From Pseudobdellovibrionaceae bacterium (GTDB taxonomy: Bacteria > Bdellovibrionota > Bdellovibrionia > Bdellovibrionales > UBA1609): a DNA stretch of 64,000 nt. This document shows, piece after piece, positions 27,848-37,550 of the stretch. The notes below the pieces were generated by a model. It was not told where the DNA came from. It was given only the letters and a program-made list of their open reading frames with translations, and searched no databases. The stretch spans positions 80,239-144,238 of the forward strand of contig JABJQG010000053.1 of the NCBI GenBank assembly GCA_018663505.1. Direction: 5' to 3'. Position 1 is the stretch's first letter; each line of letters starts with the position of its first letter. The position numbers and the translations under genes are program-made.

Positions 27848-30364
27848 ATGGGCATAAGTAAAATCAATCAATTATTCATAGGCGTATTTTTAACAATAAG
27901 CCTTAACAGTTTGGCTATTACAAATTCACCACAAAATTTTTTTCACCCCTCAAGTTCTGAAGAACTACCTCTACAAAGCCTAAACAACACTACCTCAATC
28001 ACAGCCTACGAGGCTGTGATTCAAAGAGGTACTAATCAATTCGTAACTGGCTTCCCTAACTCTCAGCTGATTATTTTTGATCATTTCAACTTAGTTACTA
28101 GTGGTGGCCGAGTACACATCAATGTAAAAATAGACGAGGAAGCTTTCTATAGTCTTGTTGATCAAGTACCGTCTGGACCCAACTATACATATAAAGAAAT
28201 GTGGGTGGACAATGAATTTGACCTAGAAATCAAAAATAAGATTATGAAGTATGTTCAGTGGAATGTGTCCCAGGGGCTAGCAAGCAGTTTTCCAATAAAT
28301 GTTAATCGTGTTGAAAACCCTCTGTGGAGTAAAAACTTAAGTATGAGCTGTATCGTTATCCCTGGATCAAACACCTATCAACAAAATGAATTCATTAATG
28401 CATTCTCCAGGTTAAACATCCCCTCTAAAGTAATTATTCCTGTCGAGCATATTGTTACTTTTTTATTTGAACACGAATTGGGACACTGTAAAGATACTGA
28501 CAAGGGCTACAACAGCCTTTCTTATGCTGAAAATCAAATGGAAAATTATGCAGATTTAATGGCCATAGCTAAGCTTATTATTTATTATAAATCTAGCCCT
28601 CTCATAGATATGATTCCTCGAATTCGTTTTCTCAGAACTCTACACAGTAATGAGGATGGAGCAAAGTATTACCTCCCCTTATATTTAGTAGAAAACCTTA
28701 AGCTCAAGCTTAGAATGCTTAGGGCCAGTGATAAACTTAAATCACTCAGTGAAAATCAACTACGCTTGATGATTCAAGCTATGGTCTATGGAAATCTCTC
28801 CACTAAACCCTTGTATCAAAAAAAAGAACACGATTCTATAAATGAACAGTTAGATCGATTAGGTGATTCGCCGTTTCTTATTTTTTCAAAAAAACTTAAA
28901 TTCCAAATCCCCACAAAAGAAATGATCAAGGAAGCTAATAAATACTCAACTGATCAAAATAACTTCAATGATGAGAGTTTAAATCTCATTTTAAAGTTTA
29001 ATGAATATGTAAGTTATATCTTTAATGGCCACCCGTACAATCATCAATCAGAGGAGTTCGGTAGCACTACTCGTCAGTTTAAAATAAAAGTTTTTAAACA
29101 GAAACTAAAAAGCCTATTGGACCTGCTGAGTAATAATTCTAAAAAACAAACAGAGGCCTTAGACCGATGGCTTGAGGTTTTAGAACGTCAGCTTAGCCAT
29201 AAAAATGATTTTCCTTATAGCTTAGATATTGAAAGCAAAATTGATATTATTAAGTCTAAAATGATCCACATCGAGAACAATCAAGTGGCACACCTTCAGA
29301 ACTCAATTCACTCAAGCATAAGATCCTCCTATCCCAGCATGAATCAGATTTATGCAAAACTGTTAAATCACTCTGTAGTTGTGACGGAAAATCACTTTCC
29401 ACATCTAAATCTATTCTTATTTAAATATAACAAAATGGTAAATAATAATGACTCACAAATTGACAGTATAAAATTTAAAGCTACTATCAACCATTTCTTC
29501 TCTTCGGAAAACCTTTCTTATCGAATTCTAGGTGATGATTATGCAATCAACGAAGACGAGAAATCTAACATTTCTAGAAGTATCCATAAGTTTTTATCTA
29601 AAGGAACAGCATCTAGTTTTCCAATAGATTTAAGTCGCATAGACAACCATTTATGGGAAAATCAGCCAAATAGAAACTGTGCAATAGTCACCACACCAAC
29701 TTCAATCACTCAAAAACAATACGTAAACAGTATGACTGGTCTAAACCTTAAGACGCCAGAAACTGTTCCTCCAGAGCATATGCATGTTTTCCGATTAGAG
29801 CATGAACTTGGCCACTGTAAGGATGTTAACTTACATGACGACAGAACATTCTACGCCATGACACAGGGGGAAATCTTTGCTGACCTCACCGCCATATTTC
29901 ATATTTACAAATACTATGGTAACAGCCCAATATTAAAAATCATTCAACACTTAAAATTTGTTGCCTCCGTGGCTAAATTTAATACGGTCAGCTATTTACC
30001 GCAAACTTCGTTCAATGCTGCGTTATTAAAAATAAAACAAGCAGAAAGTGAAGGTAATTTCCAGCAATACACCCCTCAAAATTTTATGATGTGGGCAAAA
30101 GAAATCACTTATGGATATCCTTCAAAAAACTTACCTCCAGTTTACACAAAAGCAGACCACATCATGTATGAGAATCAATTGGAGCGACTAGAAAACAGTT
30201 ATTTCACTTTGGACAAAGCAACCTCTAAGTTCATTCCCCGGTCTAAAGAGCAAATAACAATAGACAACCATTATGTAGAACAAGAAGATTTAAAGTTCAA
30301 TGAGGGTACTGCACATCTTATTCATAGATTTAATATTTCCATAGATAAGCTCCGCACATTTTAA
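27848..30364 (+). CDS. Secreted protein with two tandem HExxH (HELGHC) zinc-metallopeptidase-like modules
   Basis: Signal peptide ...GVFLTISLNSLA. HELGH is encoded at 28472-28486 and 29801-29815. The two halves are recognisably paralogous (ASSFPINVNRVENPLW...EHELGHCKDTD versus ASSFPIDLSRIDNHLW...EHELGHCKDVN). Confidence 0.7.
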   Translation: MGISKINQLFIGVFLTISLNSLAITNSPQNFFHPSSSEELPLQSLNNTTSITAYEAVIQRGTNQFVTGFPNSQLIIFDHFNLVTSGGRVHINVKIDEEAFYSLVDQVPSGPNYTYKEMWVDNEFDLEIKNKIMKYVQWNVSQGLASSFPINVNRVENPLWSKNLSMSCIVIPGSNTYQQNEFINAFSRLNIPSKVIIPVEHIVTFLFEHELGHCKDTDKGYNSLSYAENQMENYADLMAIAKLIIYYKSSPLIDMIPRIRFLRTLHSNEDGAKYYLPLYLVENLKLKLRMLRASDKLKSLSENQLRLMIQAMVYGNLSTKPLYQKKEHDSINEQLDRLGDSPFLIFSKKLKFQIPTKEMIKEANKYSTDQNNFNDESLNLILKFNEYVSYIFNGHPYNHQSEEFGSTTRQFKIKVFKQKLKSLLDLLSNNSKKQTEALDRWLEVLERQLSHKNDFPYSLDIESKIDIIKSKMIHIENNQVAHLQNSIHSSIRSSYPSMNQIYAKLLNHSVVVTENHFPHLNLFLFKYNKMVNNNDSQIDSIKFKATINHFFSSENLSYRILGDDYAINEDEKSNISRSIHKFLSKGTASSFPIDLSRIDNHLWENQPNRNCAIVTTPTSITQKQYVNSMTGLNLKTPETVPPEHMHVFRLEHELGHCKDVNLHDDRTFYAMTQGEIFADLTAIFHIYKYYGNSPILKIIQHLKFVASVAKFNTVSYLPQTSFNAALLKIKQAESEGNFQQYTPQNFMMWAKEITYGYPSKNLPPVYTKADHIMYENQLERLENSYFTLDKATSKFIPRSKEQITIDNHYVEQEDLKFNEGTAHLIHRFNISIDKLRTF

Positions 30365-30516
30365 ATGAAAATCAAATTTATAAAAATACATATATCTTAT
30401 CATTAACACGTTATATCTCCCTATTTTTTGTAGTTTATACACAGCTCATCGCCGATGAGCTACCTCTTCACCACATATTTAAAGAGCATTTTTTTATATT
30501 CGTTTGACTTTTTTGA

Positions 30517-30852
30517 CAGTTTAAAATTGGAATTAGTACATTTGGAGACAGAGGTTCTGAAAAAATTGACCAAGACCTTACTGCAAACATAGGGAGGGTT
30601 CAAAAAACACTTTCCAAGCTATTAAACAACTTTGATCAACATACGCATTCCATGAACCCCGGAGAAGCATCCTACTATGGATTAGCTAAAACAGCCGATA
30701 TGAACTGGAATGCACTAAATAGGCAAACCATAGTTATAACTGACGAACCAGCATACTCTTTACAAGTTAATGACACCAATTACATTAATTCTGTGATTTC
30801 AAAAATGTCAAAAATAAATGTATTCCCGCTAATGGTTAAGTTATGTGATTAA
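30517..30852 (+). pseudogene. Probable 5-prime-truncated vWA-domain gene fragment
   Basis: The frame is open from 30517. It reads QFKIGISTFGDRGSEKIDQDLTANIGRVQKTLSKLL...EASYYGLAKTADMNWNALNRQTIVITDEPAYS, which resembles the middle and C-terminal part of a vWA domain. No MIDAS DxSxS segment is present and in-frame stops lie just upstream. Confidence 0.35.
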
Positions 30853-30890
30853 TGTTCTACATCCACAGAACCACTATCAGGATGATTAAT

Positions 30891-30924
30891 AAAAAAGCCG
30901 CTTTTGTGGTGAAGCGGCTTTTTT
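30891..30924. terminator. Bidirectional intrinsic terminator
   Basis: AAAAAAGCCGCTT-ttgtggtg-AAGCGGCTTTTTT. The stem is 9 bp, or 13 bp counting the A/T arms. Confidence 0.8.
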
Positions 30925-30988
30925 ATTCTGAGAATAAACACTTTTGAAGACCAGCTAACGCGCTAAGTCCCAAAAGTGAGCTGGCACT

Positions 30989-32374
30989 CTAGTAACGGTA
31001 GTGCTCAGGCTTGAATGGGCCTGTTGGTGAAAGGCCTAAGTAATCAGCTTGCTTGTCTGATAAAGTTGTTAGTCGAACACCTAGTTTTTCTAAATGTAAA
31101 AATGCAACTTTTTCGTCAAGCTCTTTTGGTAACATATATACTTTACCAACTTCATACTTGCCGTTGTCTTTGTTTTCCCAAAGTTCTTTTTGAGCTAAAA
31201 CTTGGTTTGTAAAAGAATTACTCATCACAAATGATGGGTGACCTGTAGCACAACCTAAGTTCACTAAGCGACCTTTTGCCAATAGAATAATATTTCTACC
31301 ATCTTTAAAGTTATGAATATCAACCTGAGGTTTCACTTCAACCACTTCAGTGTTGTCGCCCAACCAAGCCACGTCGATTTCATTATCAAAATGCCCAATA
31401 TTACAAACGATAGCTCCAGACTTCATTTTTAAGAAATCTTTGCCAGTAATGATATCACAACAACCTGTTGTTGTTACAAAAATATTACCTTCAGGGGCAG
31501 CCTCGTCCATAGTTTGCACTTCAAAGCCTTCCATTGCTGCTTGCAAAGCGCAGATAGGATCAATTTCAGTGACAATCACTCGAGCACCGTAAGAACGCAT
31601 TGAGTGAGCACACCCCTTACCAACATCGCCGTACCCAGCAATAATTACCACTTTACCAGCAATCATTGTGTCTGTTGCTCTTTTAATGCCATCAGCTAGG
31701 GACTCACGACAACCGTAAAGGTTATCAAATTTAGACTTTGTAACAGAGTCATTCACATTAATAGCTGGGATCTTAAGTTCGCCTTTTTCACCCATTTTTT
31801 CTAAGTTATGAACACCTGTTGTTGTTTCCTCAGAAACACCAATGACTTTTTTAAGAACATCAGCATATTCTGCAGTATGCATCATGTTTGTTAAATCGCC
31901 ACCATCATCTAAAATAATGTCATAACCTTCATCGCCCCAACCTTTAATAGTTTGTTCGATACACCAGTCATACTCTTCTTCAGTTTCACCTTTCCAAGCA
32001 AAAACTGGAGTTCCTGCAGCAGCAATAGCAACAGCAGCGTGATCTTGTGTTGAGAAAATATTACATGAACTCCAACGTACTTTTGCTCCTAAAGCCTGCA
32101 AGGTCTCAATGAGAACCGCTGTTTGAATAGTCATATGTAAACAACCAGTGATATTTGCACCTTTTAATGGTTGAGAAGTTCCGTACTCTGATCTTAAAGC
32201 CATTAAACCAGGCATTTCAGTTTCAGCAATTTGAATTTCTTTTCGGCCCCACTCTGCCAGTTCGTCAAAACGTTTAGGGTCATTCATAGCTTCTTTACAT
32301 AAATGAAAATCCGCCACTTGGCCTTTATGTGGGCCTCTTGTTACGTCTGTTGCAGTCATAGTTGTTCCTTCCAT
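30989..32374 (-). CDS. ahcY: Adenosylhomocysteinase
   Basis: Full-length match to the SAH hydrolase pattern: [24 protein letters not shown]-binding [10 protein letters not shown], and C-terminal YRY. An alternative start at 32359 is also preceded by AAGGAA. Confidence 0.96.
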   Translation of the reverse strand: MEGTTMTATDVTRGPHKGQVADFHLCKEAMNDPKRFDELAEWGRKEIQIAETEMPGLMALRSEYGTSQPLKGANITGCLHMTIQTAVLIETLQALGAKVRWSSCNIFSTQDHAAVAIAAAGTPVFAWKGETEEEYDWCIEQTIKGWGDEGYDIILDDGGDLTNMMHTAEYADVLKKVIGVSEETTTGVHNLEKMGEKGELKIPAINVNDSVTKSKFDNLYGCRESLADGIKRATDTMIAGKVVIIAGYGDVGKGCAHSMRSYGARVIVTEIDPICALQAAMEGFEVQTMDEAAPEGNIFVTTTGCCDIITGKDFLKMKSGAIVCNIGHFDNEIDVAWLGDNTEVVEVKPQVDIHNFKDGRNIILLAKGRLVNLGCATGHPSFVMSNSFTNQVLAQKELWENKDNGKYEVGKVYMLPKELDEKVAFLHLEKLGVRLTTLSDKQADYLGLSPTGPFKPEHYRY

Positions 32375-32475
32375 AGTTTATTCCTTTATATTTTATGGGT
32401 AAAAGTAAGTTAATATTTCAGTTAAAAAATTAATTTAAGCATATTTATATGTCATAGCCCTAAGCATGTCAGCCA

Positions 32476-33240
32476 TTAATAAACGGTTAACACCTCATAT
32501 CCTGTGTCAGTAATCAAAATTGTGTGCTCAAACTGAGCCGTAAGCGACTTATCTTGAGTCTCATAGTATTTAATCGAGGAGTTTTCGATGGCCATTTCAC
32601 GAATAGGCAAGTCATTTTCGTTGATCATTGGCTCCACAGTTATACAGGTCCAAGGCTCTAAACGATCCCCTCTCCCCTTTTTACCAAAAGAAGGAACAAA
32701 TGGCTCTCCGTGGAATGATTGACCAATGCCATGCCCCCCAATCTCTCGAACGGCATAATAACCTTGTTTGGTCACATATTTGTTAATGGCAAAACCAATA
32801 TCGCCGGTGGTACCGAAGGGCTTAATTACCTCTATACCCTTTTCCATAGCTCTTTTTGCATGTTCTGTGATCGCCTTTGCAGCAGCACTTACTTCTCCTA
32901 CAAAAAATGTTGCCGATGTATCTCCATAAAATCCATCAAGCTCACATGTGATATCCAAATTTATAATGTCACCCTCTTTAAGAGCACGATTGTCTGGGAC
33001 CCCATGACAGATGCACTCATTAACAGAAGTACAAATGGACTTAGGGAAGCCATGATAGTTTAAAGGAGCTGAGCGGGCCCCGTTAGACTTTGTAAAATCT
33101 TCTACCAATTGGTCGATTTCATTTGTGGTGGTTCCCACTTTTACAAAGGTAGAGGCGTACTGCAGAGTTTTTGCAGCTAACTCGCAGGAGAGCTTCATTT
33201 TAACAATTTCATCTTTACCCAAAGGCTTCATAGCGGCCAT
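32476..33240 (-). CDS. map: Type I methionine aminopeptidase
   Basis: Metal-ligand context is present (DIINLDIT, GHGIG, EPMI, FEHTILIT). The track start at 33261 is TTG. ATG 33240 has AAGGA upstream. Confidence 0.94.
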   Translation of the reverse strand: MAAMKPLGKDEIVKMKLSCELAAKTLQYASTFVKVGTTTNEIDQLVEDFTKSNGARSAPLNYHGFPKSICTSVNECICHGVPDNRALKEGDIINLDITCELDGFYGDTSATFFVGEVSAAAKAITEHAKRAMEKGIEVIKPFGTTGDIGFAINKYVTKQGYYAVREIGGHGIGQSFHGEPFVPSFGKKGRGDRLEPWTCITVEPMINENDLPIREMAIENSSIKYYETQDKSLTAQFEHTILITDTGYEVLTVY

Positions 33241-33301
33241 ATATAATTCCTTATTTTTCAATTCTCAAGACTATTTATAACCGACAAAAGTTAAAAAAAG
33301 C

Positions 33302-33333
33302 AAAAAAAAAGCCCGCTTTATACGGGCTTTTTT
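33302..33333 (-). terminator. Intrinsic terminator downstream of the SWIB/H1-like gene
   Basis: Minus strand reads AAAAAAGCCCG-tataaag-CGGGC followed by T9. Confidence 0.8.
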
Positions 33334-33355
33334 CAAAAATAGGTAAGTAAGAACC

Positions 33356-33904
33356 TTATTTAAGGTGCTTGCTCACAATTTTAGTCATTTCAAACATAGA
33401 AACAACATTTTTACCGAAAACTAATTTTAGTTTTGTATCAGCAACAATGTTTCTTCTGTTTTTAGGGTCTTGTAAATCATGTTTTTTAATATACTGCCAT
33501 AATTTTTTAACAACTTCTGTTCTTGGAATTGGCTTATCTCCTACAACAGCAGATAAAGCTGCAGATGGTATCAAAGGTCTCATAAAAGCAGCGTTAGGCT
33601 TTCTTTTAGTTTTCTTTTTTGTAGTAGTTTTCTTAGCCGCTTTCTTAGTTGCTTTTTTAGCTACTTTTTTTGTGGCTTTTTTAGCCGCTTTCTTAGTTGC
33701 TTTTTTCTTAGTTGCTTTTTTCGCTACTTTCTTCTTAGTTGCTTTTTTAGCTACTTTCTTCTTAGTTGCTTTTTTAGCTACTTTTTTCTTAGTTGCTTTT
33801 TTAGCTACTTTTTTCTTAGTTGCTTTTTTAGCTACTTTTTTCTTAGTTGCTTTCTTTGCTACTTTTTTAGCAGCTTTTTTCTTAGTTGCTTTCTTCTTAG
33901 CCAT
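33356..33904 (-). CDS. Histone-H1-like Lys/Ala-rich repeat region fused to a C-terminal SWIB/MDM2 domain
   Basis: GGAGG RBS. The N-terminal ~100 aa consist of KKATKKKVA-type repeats. The C-terminus, LSAVVGDKPIPRTEVVKKLWQYIKKHDLQDPKNRRNIVADTKLKLVFGKNVVSMFEMTKIVSKHL, matches the SWIB domain pattern. Confidence 0.8.
   Translation of the reverse strand: MAKKKATKKKAAKKVAKKATKKKVAKKATKKKVAKKATKKKVAKKATKKKVAKKATKKKVAKKATKKKATKKAAKKATKKVAKKATKKAAKKTTTKKKTKRKPNAAFMRPLIPSAALSAVVGDKPIPRTEVVKKLWQYIKKHDLQDPKNRRNIVADTKLKLVFGKNVVSMFEMTKIVSKHLK
33723..33857. repeat. 27-bp tandem repeat x5 inside the H1-like coding region
   Basis: GCTACTTT(C/T)TTCTTAGTTGCTTTTTTA units occur at 33723, 33750, 33777, 33804 and 33831. 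Each encodes KKATKKKVA. Confidence 0.85.
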
Positions 33905-34429
33905 GATTCCTCCAGCTGGTTATTTTTTTGTTCTTTAAAACTAAACTAGTTTTTAAATTTAATTCATCAATAAAATTCATAGTAAACAAACTTCCTTTAA
34001 ACGCCAAACAAAAAAAAACACTTTTTTAAAATAAATTTGAATACATATTTTCCCCTTCTAGTTCCCTAGGGAACCCCTCTGAAGATTTTTTATACTTTTT
34101 TGTACTTTCATTGGCAGAAACACATCCACCACACTATGAACATCTGTCAATAAATCATGAGCAAAACTTACCATCCCCCTTGCTACAGTCGCTAACAGCT
34201 CATCGCCATCACTTCGCAACTTAGCTGTTTCACACTCTTTCCCCTATATAAGCAACCATTTCCCTCTCTGAGAATACACTGATATATCGCAGCTTTCACA
34301 AGGGCCCACTCCGTTAACAGCACTTTAATTTTTATGTACTGTTGCGCAAAAACAGGCCCTGCGGCAATAATCTCCTACAACTATAGTCCTAAAACTTAAC
34401 TCTTTTTTACTTCCACCGATAAAGTAAAT

Positions 34430-35104
34430 ATGAAAAGTTTTGCAGATATACTCTCTGAAAAGTTAGAAACCAAAGATTCTCAGGTGGAGGATCAACAAGA
34501 TTACCCTAAGGATAATTCTATGTATTATGCCACTCACTCCCCCTTTGAGGTGTTCACAGCATCATTCCCCAGCCCAGCTCAGTGCTCCACCATCCATTTT
34601 AAACAACCTCAGTTTTTCAGATCTTACGCCTCTGAAGCATGTAAGTTTCACACAAAACCAGACCATTCCAAAAAAGAAACACCACATCAGCCAGATAACG
34701 GGTCGGCCTCCGCAGACACAGGGGATTTCAAGCAAAAAAATAGCAACAAACAGCAGCGAAAACCCACTTCTCACTCTGTAAATAAGGATTCAAAAACAGC
34801 AACCAACAATACTGACAACTTGAAAAATAGTAAAAACATCATTATCAAACTTAAAACTCGTAGTTTAAGCAAAAAAAACAAAGCTCACTATAATAGACTG
34901 AATCAGCTTTCTGGTTATGAATTGCCAGAAGCCTTCAGCTCTGCAGAACTTAAAAAAGTATACAAACGTTTGGTTTTCAAATTTCACCCAGATCGGGCTC
35001 TTAGCCAAAAATTAAAAAAGACACCCGAAAGTGCCTCTTTTAATTTTAACTGTACTGTAAACGCCTACAAAGCTCTTATTGTACTATTTGCCACTAACAA
35101 GTAA
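34430..35104 (+). CDS. J-domain (DnaJ-like) protein with a low-complexity N-terminal region
   Basis: C-terminal ELKKVYKRLVFKFHPDRA contains the HPD motif. Confidence 0.65.
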   Translation: MKSFADILSEKLETKDSQVEDQQDYPKDNSMYYATHSPFEVFTASFPSPAQCSTIHFKQPQFFRSYASEACKFHTKPDHSKKETPHQPDNGSASADTGDFKQKNSNKQQRKPTSHSVNKDSKTATNNTDNLKNSKNIIIKLKTRSLSKKNKAHYNRLNQLSGYELPEAFSSAELKKVYKRLVFKFHPDRALSQKLKKTPESASFNFNCTVNAYKALIVLFATNK

Positions 35105-37198
35105 TGCAAAGGGCTGCTTGCCTTCTTTTCCTTGAGCAATTCTAGTCCCAGTAATTTTCACTTTTAAACTAGACCCCACAAGCTCTGATAATTTTAAATT
35201 TTCAAAATTATTCACATCACTAGTGCTTTCTTTACTTGCACCGTTATTTTCTGCAGAAATGTTTAAATCATTAACTAAAGTTTTAGCTGCTGAGGGCGAC
35301 CCTGGTGCGTCAGTGTAAACCAAAGTGATTGTTACTTCTTTGGCACCCTGAGTATCCACTGCAAATTCTAAAGTTTCACCCGATCTAACTCCTTTTACGG
35401 AGTCAACCACAAGAAGCAATGGACTTCTATCTGTAACACTATCCATATTAACACGCCCAAACCCTTCCTGATTATTTGGCGCTGGCTCTAACATTTCTTG
35501 TCCCTGAGATCTAAACCCGTACTGACCTGGAAATAAATCCGTGGCCGTATGCATAAGTAGTCCTTTTACAAGGGCTGCAGATGGTGATTCTAAATTAAAG
35601 GACTTGGCAAGAAAACCTCTAGCCACTGCAGCTGCTCCCGCAGTCAAAGGGGTGGACATGGATGTTCCACCAGACCAACAATATTCAGTATTATAATTTC
35701 CCCAAAGAGGACTTGAGTCTTTAATATGCGAGCAATTAGATAAAATATTTGTTCCTGGAGCTACAACTTCAGGCTTAATTCTGCCATCTCTTGCTGGGCC
35801 ACGTGAACTAAATACCGCCATTCCATTTTCGTTATTTGAAAGCGTATCGTCCCTAAGAGGTGGTACTCCCCATTTTTCATCGCCACCTCTTAGTTTCCCA
35901 TGAGTTCTTTGAATCCCACCTACAGAAACTAAATTTTCAGAAGCACCAACGGTTAAGGCATTTTTAGCTGTGCCTGGAGAGGACACTGAACCCTCATCCA
36001 CTCGACCATCCCTGTCTTCATCTTGACCACTGTTTCCTGCAGCAAAAATAACCAACATATCTGGATGATTCCACATAAATTCGTCCACTAACATGGCATT
36101 TTTATCGTAAACACCTAAGTTAAAAGGTGCACCCCAAGAGTTTGTATGTATTCTAGCTCCACGGTCGTAAGCTTTTTGAAAAAGCGTTTTTAACTGCGGA
36201 GGAATAGTTAAGTTTTTAAATACCGGTGACCACATCCCCTGTGCTAACATCTCGCCTTCTATGGCACCACCGGTAATCATTCCTTTAGAATCAGCTCCCT
36301 TGCCTACCACAGAACCTGCAACATGAGTTCCATGTCCCATGGGGTCTTCCCATGTCTTAGCAAACAAACCTAAAGCCTGCCCGTCGTAAACTCCCAAAAA
36401 ATCGCCCGTTAAGCTATCTTTTGTTCCTGAGTCTAAACCCGTGTCAGCCATAGCTACTTTTTGCCCCTCTCCCTTAAAGCCTCTTTCCCAAGCTTTAGAG
36501 AAGTTCATAATTTTCACGCCACTTTCAAAACCCGAAAGGTCAGTGTAGTTCCCACTCATTGGTTGCACGCTATCTCCTAAAAAATCATTTTTTAGATCTA
36601 TATGCATAAGTGACATTTTGGATTGAGGCTGTATCCACTCCACTCCATTAATTAAAGCAATATTCGAAATTTCACCCAGCTTAGCTTTAACTAAAATAAT
36701 CTTTCCATCTGCCACAACCACCGTGTAGTTAGACAGCTGGTCTAAAACTTGAGATTGCTCTTTTTCGGATGCCAGTTGAACAATAACGTCCACAACTTTG
36801 CTCTTGTTTTCCAAAGTCACTGCCGGAAATTCTAAGCTCACTTTAAATGAACCAAGATATGGGACCACCCCAGAGACTTCTCCGCTTATTTCCAGTTCTA
36901 AGATTTTATGAGCCTGAGCCTTAACTAGAAATGCATCATCAGGGATATAGCGAATCACCTCTACGCCCACATCTTCTAACAATTGAGAATGTGTTAAGTT
37001 AAGTGGGTCCGTAAACTGAATAATATAATAATCTGTTTGAATAGTTTTACCCACAGCAAGTGCTTGAGCTCCATTCATTACATTTGTTTCAAAGCTTCCT
37101 GCTCTTAAGTGTATCTCTTTTGCTGAAACACTAATGCTACCTGCAATTAATGTTAACACCACTAAAATTTGAAATGCCATATTCCTTAAAGCACTCAT
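35084..37198 (-). CDS. Secreted subtilisin-family (S8) serine peptidase
   Basis: Catalytic motifs MADTGLD, GHGTHVAG and GTSMSTPLTAG. The track start at 37222 is GTG. ATG 37198 follows GGGAGGG and gives a signal peptide. Confidence 0.92.
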   Translation of the reverse strand: MSALRNMAFQILVVLTLIAGSISVSAKEIHLRAGSFETNVMNGAQALAVGKTIQTDYYIIQFTDPLNLTHSQLLEDVGVEVIRYIPDDAFLVKAQAHKILELEISGEVSGVVPYLGSFKVSLEFPAVTLENKSKVVDVIVQLASEKEQSQVLDQLSNYTVVVADGKIILVKAKLGEISNIALINGVEWIQPQSKMSLMHIDLKNDFLGDSVQPMSGNYTDLSGFESGVKIMNFSKAWERGFKGEGQKVAMADTGLDSGTKDSLTGDFLGVYDGQALGLFAKTWEDPMGHGTHVAGSVVGKGADSKGMITGGAIEGEMLAQGMWSPVFKNLTIPPQLKTLFQKAYDRGARIHTNSWGAPFNLGVYDKNAMLVDEFMWNHPDMLVIFAAGNSGQDEDRDGRVDEGSVSSPGTAKNALTVGASENLVSVGGIQRTHGKLRGGDEKWGVPPLRDDTLSNNENGMAVFSSRGPARDGRIKPEVVAPGTNILSNCSHIKDSSPLWGNYNTEYCWSGGTSMSTPLTAGAAAVARGFLAKSFNLESPSAALVKGLLMHTATDLFPGQYGFRSQGQEMLEPAPNNQEGFGRVNMDSVTDRSPLLLVVDSVKGVRSGETLEFAVDTQGAKEVTITLVYTDAPGSPSAAKTLVNDLNISAENNGASKESTSDVNNFENLKLSELVGSSLKVKITGTRIAQGKEGKQPFALLVSGK

Positions 37199-37550
37199 TA
37201 TCCCTCCCTTTGGATATTCCACTGATAAAATTGAACCATGGCTACTGAGAGAGATAAAGTAATTTTTACATAGTCATCTGTAACTTTATGATTTTTCACA
37301 GCAAATACCCTCATAATAAAAAGCCCAGTCTATACTACATAGCTTAGGGCATATGAGCCTAGTGTTATTACCTGCGTAATTCTCTAGGCTTACATACTCA
37401 GTGAATTTTATTGTATTAGTATTTCACTCCACCCTTAGCTATATGTGACACAAAGATTTATGGGTTCCATAAACCTTTTTCATGAGACTTTGACACGACG
37501 TCTCAATAATCTTTTAGCGCTCAATACTGATTCGAGCTACCATTTTATAC

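Noticed and set aside
30652-30852. Track ORF 30652..30852 as an independent 66-aa gene
   Set aside because: The frame is open and protein-like well upstream of this ATG, from 30517. It reads as the interior of a vWA domain, so it is better explained as part of a truncated gene.
32375-32475. SAH riboswitch upstream of ahcY
   Set aside because: The 100-nt leader is extremely AT-rich. It has no GC-rich pseudoknot-forming segments like those of the SAH riboswitch.
33369-33938. Track ORF 33369..33938(+), 189 aa rich in F/L/A/V
   Set aside because: It is the antisense reading of the Lys/Ala-repeat gene. AAG/GCT-rich codons give Phe/Leu/Ala on the opposite strand. The minus-strand gene has an RBS, a terminator and a recognisable SWIB domain.
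30441-34207. Shared 13-mer ACAGCTCATCGCC (30441 and 34195) and AGCTACCTC after two genes, as a dispersed motif
   Set aside because: Exact 13-mers recur by chance roughly tens of times in 64 kb on both strands. There is no supporting structure or positional pattern beyond a local 8-bp hairpin at 30443-30461.
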